In this document: piece after piece, positions 1 through 9,418 of the stretch | Layout of the letters: the number at the start of each line of letters is the position of its first letter | How positions within the stretch are numbered: the stretch's first letter is position 1 | Assembly: GCA_963799115.1 (NCBI GenBank) | Contig: CAWCVY010000049.1 | Coordinates: forward strand, 3,901 to 67,900 | Length of the DNA: 64,000 nt | Origin: an uncultured Chlamydiae bacterium | GTDB taxonomy: Bacteria; Chlamydiota; Chlamydiia; Chlamydiales; Parachlamydiaceae | Reading direction: 5' to 3' | Notes under the pieces: generated by a model | Told to the model about the DNA's origin: nothing | Databases searched by the model: none | What the model saw: the letters and a program-made list of their open reading frames with translations, nothing else | Translations under genes and position numbers: made by a program

Positions 1-770
1 GTTTATGGACGAGTTCAAGAAGGATCTAATGACACCTCTGTTACACCACAAGTTGTTGCACCTTTACCACAGGTGCCTGAAGAAGCATGGATTATTGATC
101 TTGATATTATTCCCAAGAAAATCCCTAAGCCAACAACATCTCCTCCGTTACGAAGAAATCCCCTGAATTCCAAGATGACTTACCGATTTTTGAAGGAGGA
201 AACGAACAGGATTTACGAGTAGGTGAAACAAAGTCTGCATCTAAAAAAGAGTGCCAAAAACAACAAAGACTAGATTTTCTACTAAGAAAACTTGGCGATA
301 AGTCAGATGAAATAAAAGAATCCTCCAAGCAGTCGGAAAAACTTAAAGAACAAAATGCATTTCTTGTAGATCTTCTTTCAAAAACAAATCTAGAAAAAGC
401 TAAGAGATATCTAAAATCTAATAAAATTGAGAAAGCAAAAGATGAATTAAATTTAATTTTAAAAATTCAAAGGAACGCTGAAGCTTATAAAATTCTTGGT
501 TTAATTTATTTAAGAGAGGGAGATTTTGAAGCAGCATTTGAATCATTTAATAAAATACTTGAAATGCCAGGTAATCTTAAAATAAAATATAATATAGCAG
601 CTACTCTTTTCAAAAAAGAGAAATATGGAGAATCTATAAAATTTCTTAACCACCTTCTTGGTATCTCTGAAGACTTGTCGAGAGTTGCCAGATGGAAAGT
701 GCTTCTTAAATTAGGCGCATGCTATTTTCAGTTGAGAAAATTATATAGAAGCCACTGCATTTATAAATGA
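1..770 (+). pseudogene. 3' part of a TPR-like protein gene, partial at the window start, with an internal frame change
   Basis: Frame 1 is open over 1..222. Frame 3 is open over 129..770 but has no start codon before 564. The C-terminal part (AYKILGLIYLREGDFEAAFESFNKIL, KLGACYFQL) looks like TPR helices. The two frames overlap at 129..222, which implies a frameshift or an indel error. Confidence 0.4.
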
Positions 771-862
771 GGCGGAAAAGCTATACACTACGGATATGGG
801 TCGGAATATTTTCTTGGCAATACTTGAAAGAACGGAAAATGAGCTATAGAAATAGACTTGTA

Positions 863-1017
863 CAGCGATTGTGCAGCGCACAATCGCTGAGACTTGCGAG
901 TTTTCATAGATGAAAATTATAAGTTTTCTCTGCGTGCTTCTGTGATCTCTGTGGTAGTTAAAATAACCACAGAGATCACAGAGCACACAGAGGTAGAAAA
1001 AAATTCGCACATCGCGT
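863..1017. repeat. Palindromic MITE-like repeat, 'cacagag' family copy A1
   Basis: A 12-bp-stem hairpin (cagcgattgtgc/gcacaatcgctg) lies at 863..889. A long hairpin spans 928..992 (ctctgcgtgcttctgtgatctctgtggt ... accacagagatcacagagcacacagag). The outer inverted ends are gcgagtttt / aaattcgcacatcgcg. Related copies lie at 12014..12279, 32613..32822, 39814..40026 and 42539..42751. Confidence 0.7.
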
Positions 1018-1065
1018 TTATTACTAGCTTTTAATCGAAATAATCATTACTTTTTTTATCATTTT

Positions 1066-1140
1066 CGGGGCGTAGCGCAGCTTGGCTAGCGTGCTTCGCT
1101 CGGGACGAAGAGGTCATGGGTTCAAATCCCATCGCCCCGA
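1066..1140 (+). tRNA. tRNA-Pro (anticodon CGG)
   Basis: A 75-nt cloverleaf was folded by hand. The acceptor stem is CGGGGCG/CGCCCCG and the D stem is GCGC/GCGT. The anticodon stem is CTTCG/CGAAG with loop CTCGGGA, giving anticodon CGG. The T stem is ATGGG/CCCAT with loop TTCAAAT. The discriminator is A and no CCA is encoded. Confidence 0.9.
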
Positions 1141-1300
1141 ATGGTTAAATCAAAGAAGAGGATCCCCAATTTGACTCTCATAATATTCCATCGTTCTAAT
1201 TATCCCTGTCGGCCTTCGCCGATCTTGCATATCCTATTCTCTATTTAAGATATTGACTATAAAATTCTTGCATTTTGAAATATTGATTGGGTTGATGCGT

Positions 1301-2129
1301 ATGGCACATCCTGATCGTTGGGTTTTTCTGAACGGCGATTTTTTACCTGAGAAACAAGCCACCATACTCCATTAACGACCGCGGGTTTTTATTTGGTGAT
1401 CGGGATTTTTACTACGATGCGGGTGCATGAAGGAGTTTGCAAATTATATAATGGGCATCTCCGGCGTCTCGAAACACAAGCAGAGGCCTTGCATTTTATT
1501 TTACCTCCCTTGAACTTTTATTCCATTTCAAGAGCTCATTCAACGCAATCAGGCAGGGACGGGAACGTGGCGCCTCAAGATCATTGCGACAGCCGCTCAT
1601 GAAGGTGAAGTCCGAACCATCGGAAATCTCATTATGACCTTGCATCCTTATCAAGGCAGCGCACTATCACCTTGTAACTTGTCGCTTTTTCCCCATCCTT
1701 TGATAAGACCTCTGGCACATATTAAAAGCTTATCCTATCTCGATTATCTTTATGTCCGCGATTATGCCAAAAAACAGGGATGCGATGATGCCTTGACAGC
1801 AACAGGTGAGGGGGTTCTTTTAGAAACAAGCTGTGCAAATCTTTTTTGGATTGACCGGAGAGGTTGTTGGATTCCTGACTTTCAGCTCCCTTATCTTAAA
1901 GGGGTTTTTTTACAAGCCATCCTCCCTTATTTACCCCCCCCCTCTCCATTTTGTCAAAGCCACGATCGATCAATTACCTTCTGATGCTAATGTATATGTC
2001 TGTAATGCCCTTACGCATGTGCGTCCGGTAATAGCAATTGATGAAATTTGCTTTTCACGTGATCTGGAGAAGGAGGAGCTTTTGCAATTGGCGACCTTTA
2101 GGGCTTTGGAGCCTCAAATAAGGATTTAA
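1301..2129 (+). pseudogene. Class IV aminotransferase / aminodeoxychorismate-lyase-like gene with at least 4 frameshifts
   Basis: Stitched across frames, the translation reads MAHPDRWVFLNGDFLPEKQATI / SINDRGFLFGD / GIFTTMRVHEGVCKLYNGHLRRL / WRLKIIATAAHEG...HIKSLSYLDYLYVRDYAKKQGCDDAL...ETSCANLFWI / FVKATIDQLPSDANVYVCNALTHVRPV. This matches the fold-type IV PLP enzyme pattern. One frame break coincides with a C9 run at 1934..1942. Confidence 0.7.
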
Positions 2130-3321
2130 AAAAGTTGCTTCTATCCTGTGGAGAATATCGACGTAAGATAATTCTCATTGGTTGTGCTTGCAAGGCAAGA
2201 AGGTTAGATCTAATATTGAGGAGAGCTCTAAAGTTAGTGGCTTTTTTCATCAATGGATTGTCAATTTGTTCAGTTTGCTGTTTTATCAAGACAGAAAATT
2301 CTTGATCTTTAAAAAAAATCCAGCCTTGTAGATTTTTTTTTGAAAGATTAAGACATTCTGCAGCTAACTTTTTGGTTTGCTCAGCACCAACTTCTACAAA
2401 TTGCAATTGATGGGAGAAATCCATTGATGGATCTTGAAAAGGCTGTGCAACACCTTCCCCGGGTAAAATAGCAAATAAAAGGTTCTCAACATTGATATTT
2501 TCATTCTTAAGCAAATAAGGAATCAAAATCTTTTCGACAGATTCGCTCCAGTAGATCTTGACCTTTTTTGCTTTCCTCTCTCCTGGCAAAGCATCATGTA
2601 GCCGGACCAAATTATTGTAGAGATTATTAAAGGATTCGCAATAATGCTCTCGAGGTCCAAATATTTCAGCAGCAGGATCAATCTTAATTCTTATGGTCCT
2701 CAATATATTGTAAATCTCTTGATGACTTTCTGTGGTGTGAAAACAGCAAGCTATGGCTGCTGTCAAAAGTTTATCAGTATCGATGACAGTGTCTCGTTTA
2801 AAATATTGAATCCCTTCAAAATTAGGAGTGTCTCCCCCGCCATTGCCCATTCGGCATTTCCCAAAAGAAAGAAGTTTGGGCATAGAAAATGGCTCGTCGG
2901 CAGCATCTGGCTGTTTTGGCTGAACTTCATCTTTCTTTTCTGGCTGAATTTCATCCTTTGATTGGATTTCAGGCGCATCATTTTTTAAATTGTCGTTATC
3001 AATTTTTTCTTCCTCTTTCTTTGGGACCTCTTTTCCATTTTCCAGAATTTGATTTTCTAGGCTTTGATCTTTTTTATCGTCTTCTTTTTTCTCTATTTTT
3101 TGTTCTTCTTTGTTCCCTATTTTAACGTCGTCTTTTTTCTCTATTTTTTTGCCATATAAAGGCTTACAACAATAACAATAAGCCAGATAACCCGCTGCCA
3201 GTAATCCCAAAGCCGCCGCCGCAATTAATAGAATTTTTTTCCGTTGTTTTAAAGAATTCAAAATTTTTTCTGGAATAATGTTAAGGGCAAAACTCACGCA
3301 CGATCTTGTATTTATGTTCAT
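2098..3321 (-). CDS. Hypothetical membrane-anchored protein with a K/E-rich linker
   Basis: The ORF encodes 407 aa. It has one N-terminal TM segment (KKILLIAAAALGLLAAGYLAYCYCC), a K/E/D-rich low-complexity stretch, and a roughly 270-aa C-terminal domain with no motif I recognise. Confidence 0.55.
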   Translation of the reverse strand: MNINTRSCVSFALNIIPEKILNSLKQRKKILLIAAAALGLLAAGYLAYCYCCKPLYGKKIEKKDDVKIGNKEEQKIEKKEDDKKDQSLENQILENGKEVPKKEEEKIDNDNLKNDAPEIQSKDEIQPEKKDEVQPKQPDAADEPFSMPKLLSFGKCRMGNGGGDTPNFEGIQYFKRDTVIDTDKLLTAAIACCFHTTESHQEIYNILRTIRIKIDPAAEIFGPREHYCESFNNLYNNLVRLHDALPGERKAKKVKIYWSESVEKILIPYLLKNENINVENLLFAILPGEGVAQPFQDPSMDFSHQLQFVEVGAEQTKKLAAECLNLSKKNLQGWIFFKDQEFSVLIKQQTEQIDNPLMKKATNFRALLNIRSNLLALQAQPMRIILRRYSPQDRSNFFKSLFEAPKP

Positions 3322-3684
3322 ATTGATCCCCTGAAAGATGTTAAAAATATAATTACTGTAACAATAAAACTATATTTTGTAAATATAAAATTCATTTTTA
3401 ATTAGAATTGATTACAACTCTGAACGAACAAACTGCAATTGGTTTATTTAGTCGCATAGCGCTAATAATAATAGCGTTATCTCCCCGCCCCTGTGTTGGT
3501 CCTTAGCTTAGCGTATATGGGAAACTTTCCTGGGTAGGGATAAAGAAAAACCTGACGATTAATTAATTTAACTTACTCATTATCAGTCATCAATAAATTA
3601 CTTTAGCTTGCCGGAAAAACTTTGCTGGCTAATAATCTCCCTTAAATACGGATCTTCTGAATCAAAATCTTCTCGCGAAGATCC

Positions 3685-4179
3685 GTGTTAAATTGCTTTT
3701 TCCCGAAAGGCTATATGCAAACTTATCTAGATGACAATCCAAACGGCTCGCTTAGCGTGATAGATATCCGCCAAGCAAGAATGGGCGCTCGCTTGCGCTT
3801 ACCGCTCTTTACGGCGAGCATTCAAGCGGGATTTCCCTCGCCGGCTGATGATTACATTGATCAGCAATTGGATTTAAATGAGCTCATCATTCAACGCCCT
3901 TCCGCTACTTTCTTTGTACGCGTACAGGGGGAATCCATGCAAAATGCAGGCATTTTCTCCGGCGATATCTTAGTGGTCGATCGGTCTCTTACGCCTGTGA
4001 ATGGAACCATTATTGTAGCGGTTCTTGATGGGGAGTTTACGGTAAAACGGTTGATGATCGAACATACCGGGGTTTATCTTGCTCCTGAAAACCCCGCTTA
4101 TCCTCGTCTCAGAATCAATTCAGACGCTCAATTCCAGGTTTGGGGGATTGTCACTTATGTCATCCACAAGGCTCGGTAG
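3685..4179 (+). CDS. umuD: UmuD-like S24 peptidase (translesion polymerase V accessory subunit)
   Basis: The translation aligns by eye along the whole E. coli UmuD sequence. It carries the cleavage site [11 protein letters not shown], the catalytic Ser in GESM, the Lys in EFTVKRL, and the tail [12 protein letters not shown] more likely start is the ATG at 3715. Confidence 0.85.
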   Translation: MLNCFFPKGYMQTYLDDNPNGSLSVIDIRQARMGARLRLPLFTASIQAGFPSPADDYIDQQLDLNELIIQRPSATFFVRVQGESMQNAGIFSGDILVVDRSLTPVNGTIIVAVLDGEFTVKRLMIEHTGVYLAPENPAYPRLRINSDAQFQVWGIVTYVIHKAR

Positions 4180-5442
4180 GAGTTTATTCGCCTTAGTTGA
4201 TTGCAATAACTTTTATGTCTCGTGCGAAAGGGTTTTTAATCCGCTTTTATGCAACAAACCCGTGGTAGTTCTTTCAAATAATGATGGTTGCGCCGTAGCC
4301 CGTTCCAACGAAGCCAAGGCTCTTGGCATCCCCATGGGAGCTCCCGCTTTTCAATATGCCGCTCTTTTTAAAAAGAATAAGGTCGTGGTCTTATCTTCCA
4401 ATTACACTCTCTATGGCCAGATGTCGCACCGTGTGATGCAAACCCTTGCACAATTTACCCCCGATTTTGAAATTTATTCGATTGATGAAGCTTTTTTACA
4501 GTTCATCGATGAGCCGGGGCTTCTCCCTAATGCGCAGAAGATCAAACAGACTGTCTGGCAATGGACGGGAATTCCCGTTTCAATAGGCATTGCACCGACT
4601 AAAACTCTTGCTAAGGTTGCCAACCGTTATGCAAAGAAACACTTGCCTCAAGAGGGTATCTTTATGCTAAATGATCCGGAGCTTCAAAAAACCATTCTGA
4701 CTGATTTCCCTGTCGAGGATGTGTGGGGAATCGGCAGGCAAATCAGCCATTTGCTTTATCGCAATGGCATTCGCACTGCTTGGGAATTTGCATGCATGGA
4801 GGATCGCTGGATCAAAAAGAATTTATCGGTGGTCGGTTTGCGCACTGCCTGGGAATTACGCGGGGTTTCCTGCCTCTCGCTTCAAGAGGCCGCACCTCCC
4901 AAGAAATCCATTGTCTGTTCCCGCTCTTTTGGAAGGGAAGTTTTCGATGAAGCTGATCTGGCGGAAGCTCTTGCGACCTATGTGGCGACGGCGGCGGAAA
5001 AGCTCCGGGCCCAAGGGAGCATTGCAGCATTTATAGAGGTATTTTTAAACACAAATCGGTTTAAAGAGGAGAATTACTATGGCAATGCCATTCACCTCAC
5101 CTTGCCTCAAGCAACAGATTACACCCCTTTCTTAATTCACTATGCGAAACATGGCCTGCATAAAATTTATAAAAGCGGTTTTGGTTACAAAAAAATAGGG
5201 GTGCTGTTGGGAGGGTTGGTGTCAAGCAAAGCTTTGCAGCGCGATCTTTTTTTGAAGAAAAACCCTCCTTAGATAAACAGTTTAAATTGATGGAATTAGT
5301 CGATCAGACGAATCAGAAATATGGCAGGGATGCAATAAAATTTGCTGCTCAGGGAGTCGCGCAGCCGTGGCGCATGAGAAGAAATCGATGTACGGCTCGC
5401 TTCACAACAAATTGGGAGGATCTTCTCCTCATTCGCATTTAA
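4157..5442 (+). pseudogene. umuC: UmuC-like Y-family DNA polymerase, frameshifted near the 3' end
   Basis: The N-terminus [19 protein letters not shown] and the motifs SIDEAFL and [10 protein letters not shown] are typical of UmuC/DinB. The main ORF stops at 5272. The conserved UmuC C-terminus (LMELVDQTNQKYGRDAIKFAAQGVAQPWRMRRNRCTARFTTNWEDLL) continues in another frame to 5442. The shift maps to a T7 run at 5247..5253. The start overlaps the umuD stop. Confidence 0.85.
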
Positions 5443-5450
5443 CATTCGCA

Positions 5451-5485
5451 TTTAACACGGAACTTGTACTTAAATTTGTAATTGT
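5451..5485. repeat. 35-bp direct repeat, left copy
   Basis: The sequence tttaacacggaacttgtacttaaatttgtaattg recurs at 7741..7775 with one mismatch. Confidence 0.85.
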
Positions 5486-5644
5486 GCGTTTGTTTTCACT
5501 TTCTTCTAATGAAGACTTTTAAATAGTCTAGAGAAATAATTTTATTTTATATGTTGATTTTATAATAAATAGAAGATATATTGTAACTCAACTTAAATTT
5601 TTTAAGTTTTTCTTGAGAGACTTTTTCATGAACATTAAGGAGCT

Positions 5645-7568
5645 GTGATGAACGTACAATCTGGAAGCATAATAGAATGGGGATCCGCTGAAACCCAAAG
5701 GCCAGCCAAAGAGAATGGGAATTGGGATGTTCTTAATTCAGATGTAAAAGATATCATTTTTCGCATTTTCAGAAATCAAAATAATTTGACACCAAAACAA
5801 TTATTAAGACTTAGATTGGTTAATCGTGAGACTAATTCTATTATAAAACATGTTATCGTTTTTTCTCGTGTTTTTAAAGCTATTGCACCTGTTGACCCAA
5901 CTCAAGAATATCTAAGCCAATTTAGAATGAATGGTGCATCAATTTATGCAGCTAGTGAGTCCAAAGAATTACTTAATTACTTTTTGCATGACCATGATAG
6001 TAATAGAGTTTTTGAAACCGAAGGAGAAACACACCTAGACGCGGCCGATTATTTAGAAATATTAAAATCTTCCTATCATTATCCCTGCCTACGATTTCGT
6101 GTGTATTGTTTGGAGCTTTTGGATCAATATCGTCAATATTTGGAATCTCAAGATGTAGCATTTAAACCACAAATGCTGGAATGCCATCTTGAATTTGTCC
6201 AAGAACTTGGCGACGCCGAGTATGAGGGTATCGAAGACGAATCAGTCAGCGAAGCATACTACGAGAAATTGAGTCCTTTGCTAACTGAAGATCTGAAACG
6301 ACTCCATATATCTATAATTCCAGGGATGGTTGATTTATTTATGTACCCAGAAACAGTTCCGATTGTGTTGAGCTTAATGGACGATAACGAGAAGGAACGA
6401 GAAATAGATCGGATTAAGATGAATCTAGAAATGAAATTGAAAGATGATGAGGTGGAATTAGCGGTCAATCATTATCATTGTCTAGTGAAATTATTTGCGA
6501 CGGCAACTTTGGCGAGAAGAGCGGTAGATCTTTTCCGCAATCTATTGGAATCAAATGACATGAAAGAGGTGAAAGTTGCGCTGGAAAAAGCGCTGTCTTT
6601 AGCAATTAACTATCAATTGAAGGAGAAGAAACCAACTGAGACGGAATTAAATCAGGCGAGATCAGCGGCAGATTTTTTCCGCAATCTATTGAAAGAAAAA
6701 GAAGTTTGTAAGTTAAATCGACTTTTATTTGGAAAAAAACTCGACAAATTAACCTGTTTGGAAATAGATGGCGACCCAGATGATATTTGGGAAAAATTAA
6801 GATTAAGTGAAATAGATATAGATTCATTAGAAAAGCTAACACCTAATTTGCGAGAGTTAGCTCTTAATCATTTTATGATTGATAATAGCTTTATAATAAA
6901 ACTGTTAGAAGGTTCATTGATTACAAATATAGAAAACCTGAATTTTTATGGTAGCTTTTTCAAAGGTGGAACAACTTGTTTGACTCAGTTATTCGCATCA
7001 TCTCAACTCTCAAATTTAAAGAGTTTAGTATTTCCATATTTCCGTCAAGAAGGTGCTGATCCGGGTGTATGAACCGCGGTTTTTGAATCTATTTTTTGGC
7101 AAATTAGCAACCAATACCTGTTTAGGAAATTTAGAAACTATAGCATTTTCAGATAAGAAAGTACATGTTAAAACGGCATTTAATTTACTGGTAGCTATTG
7201 CGAAAAATAAATCTCTAACAAAATTGGAAACTATAGAAGGATTAAATATAGGAGAGATGCGGCTTCCTGAAGAAGTTCGCATATTTGTTCAGAAAGAATA
7301 TCCAGAAAGCTTTGATTTTAGTTGTATTAAACATCTTTTTCCAAAACTAAAAAAAATTAAGAGAGAACCTATTAAATGAAAATTGTCTCCTCCCAAGGGT
7401 GAGGAAGAAGAACGAGGAATCAAGCATGAAGGTACGCCTCTTCCAAAACTTCCTCCTCTAAAAAAAATTAAGAGCGAACCTCTTCACCGGGAATTGTCTC
7501 CTCCCAAGGGTGAGGAAGAAGAAGAAGAAAAAATGGACCTCTTCAAATCAGATGAAGCCGAAGGCTAG
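5645..7568 (+). pseudogene. F-box-like / leucine-rich-repeat eukaryote-like protein gene, disrupted by one frameshift and one in-frame TGA
   Basis: The N-terminal segment DVKDIIFRIFRNQNNLTPKQLLRLRLVNRETNSII fits an F-box-like pattern. The C-terminal half has LRR-like periodicity (LRELALNHF, LITNIENLNF, LSNLKSLVF, LGNLETIAF, LTKLETIEGL). The frame changes at about 7027..7072. An in-frame TGA lies at 7377..7379, between two copies of a KKIK..EP..LSPPKGEEEE module. Confidence 0.55.
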
Positions 7569-7622
7569 GAAATGGAAGCCTGGTAAAGTCCAAGCATGGT
7601 TTCAATTTCCTATTAAAAAAGA

Positions 7623-7740
7623 TTGGACATGGACTAGTTGGACTAGTTGGACGGAATTGGACCAACATGTCCAATTAGTCCAATTAGTCCAACTAGTCCA
7701 ACTAGTCCAACTAGTCCAACTAGTCCAACTAGTCCAACCC
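7623..7740. repeat. 9-bp tandem repeat array with palindromic arms
   Basis: Seven units of CCAA(C/T)TAGT plus one partial unit occupy 7671..7740. Inverted units (ggactagtt x2 and degenerate copies) occupy 7623..7660. The centre lies at about 7661..7670. Confidence 0.9.
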
Positions 7741-7775
7741 TTTAACACGGAACTTGTACTTAAATTTGCAATTGC
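7741..7775. repeat. 35-bp direct repeat, right copy
   Basis: The sequence tttaacacggaacttgtacttaaatttgcaattg matches 5451..5485 at 34 of 35 positions. Confidence 0.85.
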
Positions 7776-7845
7776 ATATCTTGTATGCCTCAAGATCTAT
7801 ATGAACGGGAATTAATTCCTAAGCAGTTTGAAATTAGGAGATTTG

Positions 7846-9369
7846 ATGATTAAACCTAAAGAAAAAAGCGCCATTAGTCCCACGCGTGAAGAGGATTATC
7901 CCGAGTGGTATCAACAGGTTATTAAAGCAGCTGATATGGCTGAAAATGCCCCTGTTCGCGGCTGCATGGTTATTAAACCTTGGGGATATGGAATTTGGGA
8001 AAATATTCAGCGTCAGCTTGATGACCTCATTAAAGCCACGGGTCACGAAAATGCCTATTTTCCTCTATTCATTCCCTTGAGTTTTTTTGAAAAGGAAGCT
8101 GCCCATGTCGAAGGCTTTGCTAAGGAATGCGCCGTAGTTACCCATCATCGCCTCGAAGAAAAGGATGGGCGTTTAATTCCCGTAGGGGAGTTGGAAGAAC
8201 CTTTAGTAGTGCGGCCTACCTCTGAAACCATTATTGGGGATTCCTTTTCCCGCTGGATAGAGTCTTATCGTGATCTGCCCGTTTTGATCAATCAATGGGC
8301 TAATATAGTCCGTTGGGAAATGCGTCCCCGCATATTTTTGCGTACGACAGAATTTCTCTGGCAGGAAGGGCACACTGCTCATGCTACGTCTGAAGAAGCT
8401 TTAGAAGAAACACTGAAAATGCTCGAAGTATACCGCTACATTGTGGAAGATGTGCTTGCCATCCCTGCGATTATGGGCGAAAAATCACCAGGAGAGCGGT
8501 TCCCTGGAGCTCAGAACACCTATACCCTGGAAGCCATGATGCAAGACCGCAAAGCATTGCAATCGTGTACCTCCCATTATTTGGGTCAAAATTTTTCCAA
8601 GGCTTCTAATATTCGCTTTAGTAATAAAGAGGGACAGCTAGAATATGCCTATACGACTTCATGGGGGATGACAACGCGCTTGATTGGCAGTTTAATCATG
8701 TGCCATGGGGATGATGATGGGTTACGCTTGCCTCCTCGCATTGCTCCTAAACAAATTGTGATTATCCCCGTCATTCCTAAGCCGGAACAAGAAGCAGAGA
8801 TTCTTGCTTACGCCGAAGGCTTGGCCAGCCAGTTAAGAAAGCTGTCATATTACGGCAAACCCCTTCTCGTGCATGTCGACAAGCGGGATAAAAGAGGGGG
8901 AGATAAAAATTGGGAATGGATCAAAAAAGGTGTTCCCCTCCGGATTGAGGTGGGGCCAAGGGATATGGAAGCACAGGTGGCGATGGTATCAAGGAGGGAC
9001 AAGCCCCCAAAAGAAAAGCAGTCCATGCCGATCCAACAGCTAGTGGAGCAAGTCCTTGCGGTTCTAGAAGAGATCCAGCAAACCTATTATCAGCAGGCCA
9101 AAGCTTATCGGGATGCGCACATTTACCGTAATATTGAGACATTTGAACAAATGCGCGCTTTTTTCACCCCGCAAAATGAGGAGAAGCCTGAGATCCATGG
9201 GGGCTTCGTATTGGCAAAGTGGTGTGGAGATCCGGCGACCGAAGAACTATTGCATGATCTTAAGGTGACCATTCGTTGCCTGCCGCTTGAGCAAAGCGGC
9301 ACGAAAGGGCGCTGCGTCATTACCGGACGCGAGGCTACTTTGGACGCGATTTTTGCCAAATCTTACTGA
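7846..9369 (+). CDS. proS: Prolyl-tRNA synthetase (archaeal/eukaryote-like short type)
   Basis: The translation shows class II aaRS motifs (YFPLFIP, RPTSET, FLWQEGHTAH, TSWG), an anticodon-binding domain and a terminal Tyr. The ATG at 7846 is preceded by AGGAG. The ORF track starts earlier, at 7828. Confidence 0.9.
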   Translation: MIKPKEKSAISPTREEDYPEWYQQVIKAADMAENAPVRGCMVIKPWGYGIWENIQRQLDDLIKATGHENAYFPLFIPLSFFEKEAAHVEGFAKECAVVTHHRLEEKDGRLIPVGELEEPLVVRPTSETIIGDSFSRWIESYRDLPVLINQWANIVRWEMRPRIFLRTTEFLWQEGHTAHATSEEALEETLKMLEVYRYIVEDVLAIPAIMGEKSPGERFPGAQNTYTLEAMMQDRKALQSCTSHYLGQNFSKASNIRFSNKEGQLEYAYTTSWGMTTRLIGSLIMCHGDDDGLRLPPRIAPKQIVIIPVIPKPEQEAEILAYAEGLASQLRKLSYYGKPLLVHVDKRDKRGGDKNWEWIKKGVPLRIEVGPRDMEAQVAMVSRRDKPPKEKQSMPIQQLVEQVLAVLEEIQQTYYQQAKAYRDAHIYRNIETFEQMRAFFTPQNEEKPEIHGGFVLAKWCGDPATEELLHDLKVTIRCLPLEQSGTKGRCVITGREATLDAIFAKSY

Positions 9370-9418
9370 TTACGACTAAATTTTGAAAATCTAGGTTGTT
9401 TAGATAGGAGGATTTTCT

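Noticed and set aside
3340-3684. A LexA/SOS box upstream of umuD, for example tactgtaacaataaaactat near 3354.
   Set aside because: Only the CTGT half-site is present and the ACAG half is missing. The site lies more than 300 nt from the start, and no lexA gene is evident.
4719-5036. Overlapping and antisense ORFs inside well-supported genes. Examples are 4719..5036, 4723..4950 and 4812..5030 in umuC, 52270..52626 in the RDD/SpoIIM gene, 10527..10993, 8921..9359 in proS and 38217..38752 in the SET gene.
   Set aside because: Each lies within a longer ORF that has clear family motifs in another frame or on the other strand. Their compositions (R/P/G/S-rich) are typical of out-of-frame translation.
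7623-7740. A CRISPR array, considered for the 9-mer array and for the cacagag hairpins.
   Set aside because: The units are 9 bp and directly abutting, with no unique spacers. The hairpin repeats are dispersed single copies. No cas genes lie in the window.
7510-7815. ORFs 7510..7815 (+) and 7602..7793 (-), which translate as LVQLVQLVQ / WTSWTSWTS.
   Set aside because: They are open only because the 9-bp tandem repeat has no stop codons in those frames. No start context or coding signal is present outside the repeat.
1141-7827. A genomic island integrated at tRNA-Pro.
   Set aside because: The content looks accessory, but I found no direct repeat of the tRNA 3' end downstream and no integrase. 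It remains speculation, noted only under the umuDC finding.
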